Under the pieces are notes generated by a model, which was not told the DNA's origin, did no database searches, and saw only the letters and a list, made by a program, of their open reading frames with translations. A stretch of 63,925 bases of DNA, counting the filler, from Octopus bimaculoides (Eukaryota): assembly GCF_001194135.2 (NCBI RefSeq). It is 7 parts of 5 records of this genome, joined end to end, with 100 filler letters (N's around TTAATTAATTAA, not from the genome) between each part and the next. Parts side by side here need not be neighbours in the genome. Positions count along the whole stretch, not along the records: positions 60,918 to 63,925 come from NC_068985.1; 6 more parts are not named here. One strand, 5' to 3'. A program made the translations under genes and the position numbers. Each line of letters opens with the position of its first letter. Positions within the stretch are counted from its first letter, which is position 1. Positions 63,721 through 63,925 of the stretch are shown piece by piece.

Positions 63721-63925
63721 TACTCTCTCACATTCCCTCTCTCACTCTTGCTTTCTTTCTCTCACTGTATCTCTCTATTTATCTATTTATCTATCTATCT
63801 CTCTCTTTCACATGCCCATACATATGCAGATACAATGGCACTACACACACGCACACACGCACACACCCACATATATATTTGTAGATTCGTATATACATAT
63901 ATATACATATATACATATATATATA

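Overview
AT-rich, microsatellite-dense animal DNA with many N gaps. Six gaps carry an artificial TTAATTAATTAA linker. The repeat families (tRNA-derived SINEs, R4/Dong, RTE, Penelope-like elements) suggest a coleoid cephalopod, probably an octopus; this is inference and no database was searched. I found no intact host protein-coding gene, and most ORF-track entries are translated microsatellites or gaps. The window is mainly decayed transposons: three or more SINE families, R4/Dong, RTE and CR1/L2 LINE pieces, at least five Penelope-like (GIY-YIG) remnants, Helitron pieces, a near-full-length D,D34D mariner, and Tc1-like and Merlin-like fragments. There is also a possible decayed secretin/Methuselah-like GPCR pseudogene at 2.5-4.4 kb. 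The most interesting signals are four. (1) An apparently intact type I hammerhead ribozyme (22168-22250, minus) with an unusually long GNRA-capped stem II, plus degenerate relatives. (2) A ~970-bp foldback (53332-54305) with a hammerhead-type motif in each arm. (3) A second ~910-bp foldback (11129-12037). (4) An 820-bp TIR element with an 8-bp target duplication that encloses head-to-head TTAGGG/CCCTAA arrays (43787-44606). All alignments and folds were done by eye, and coordinates of decayed elements are approximate.
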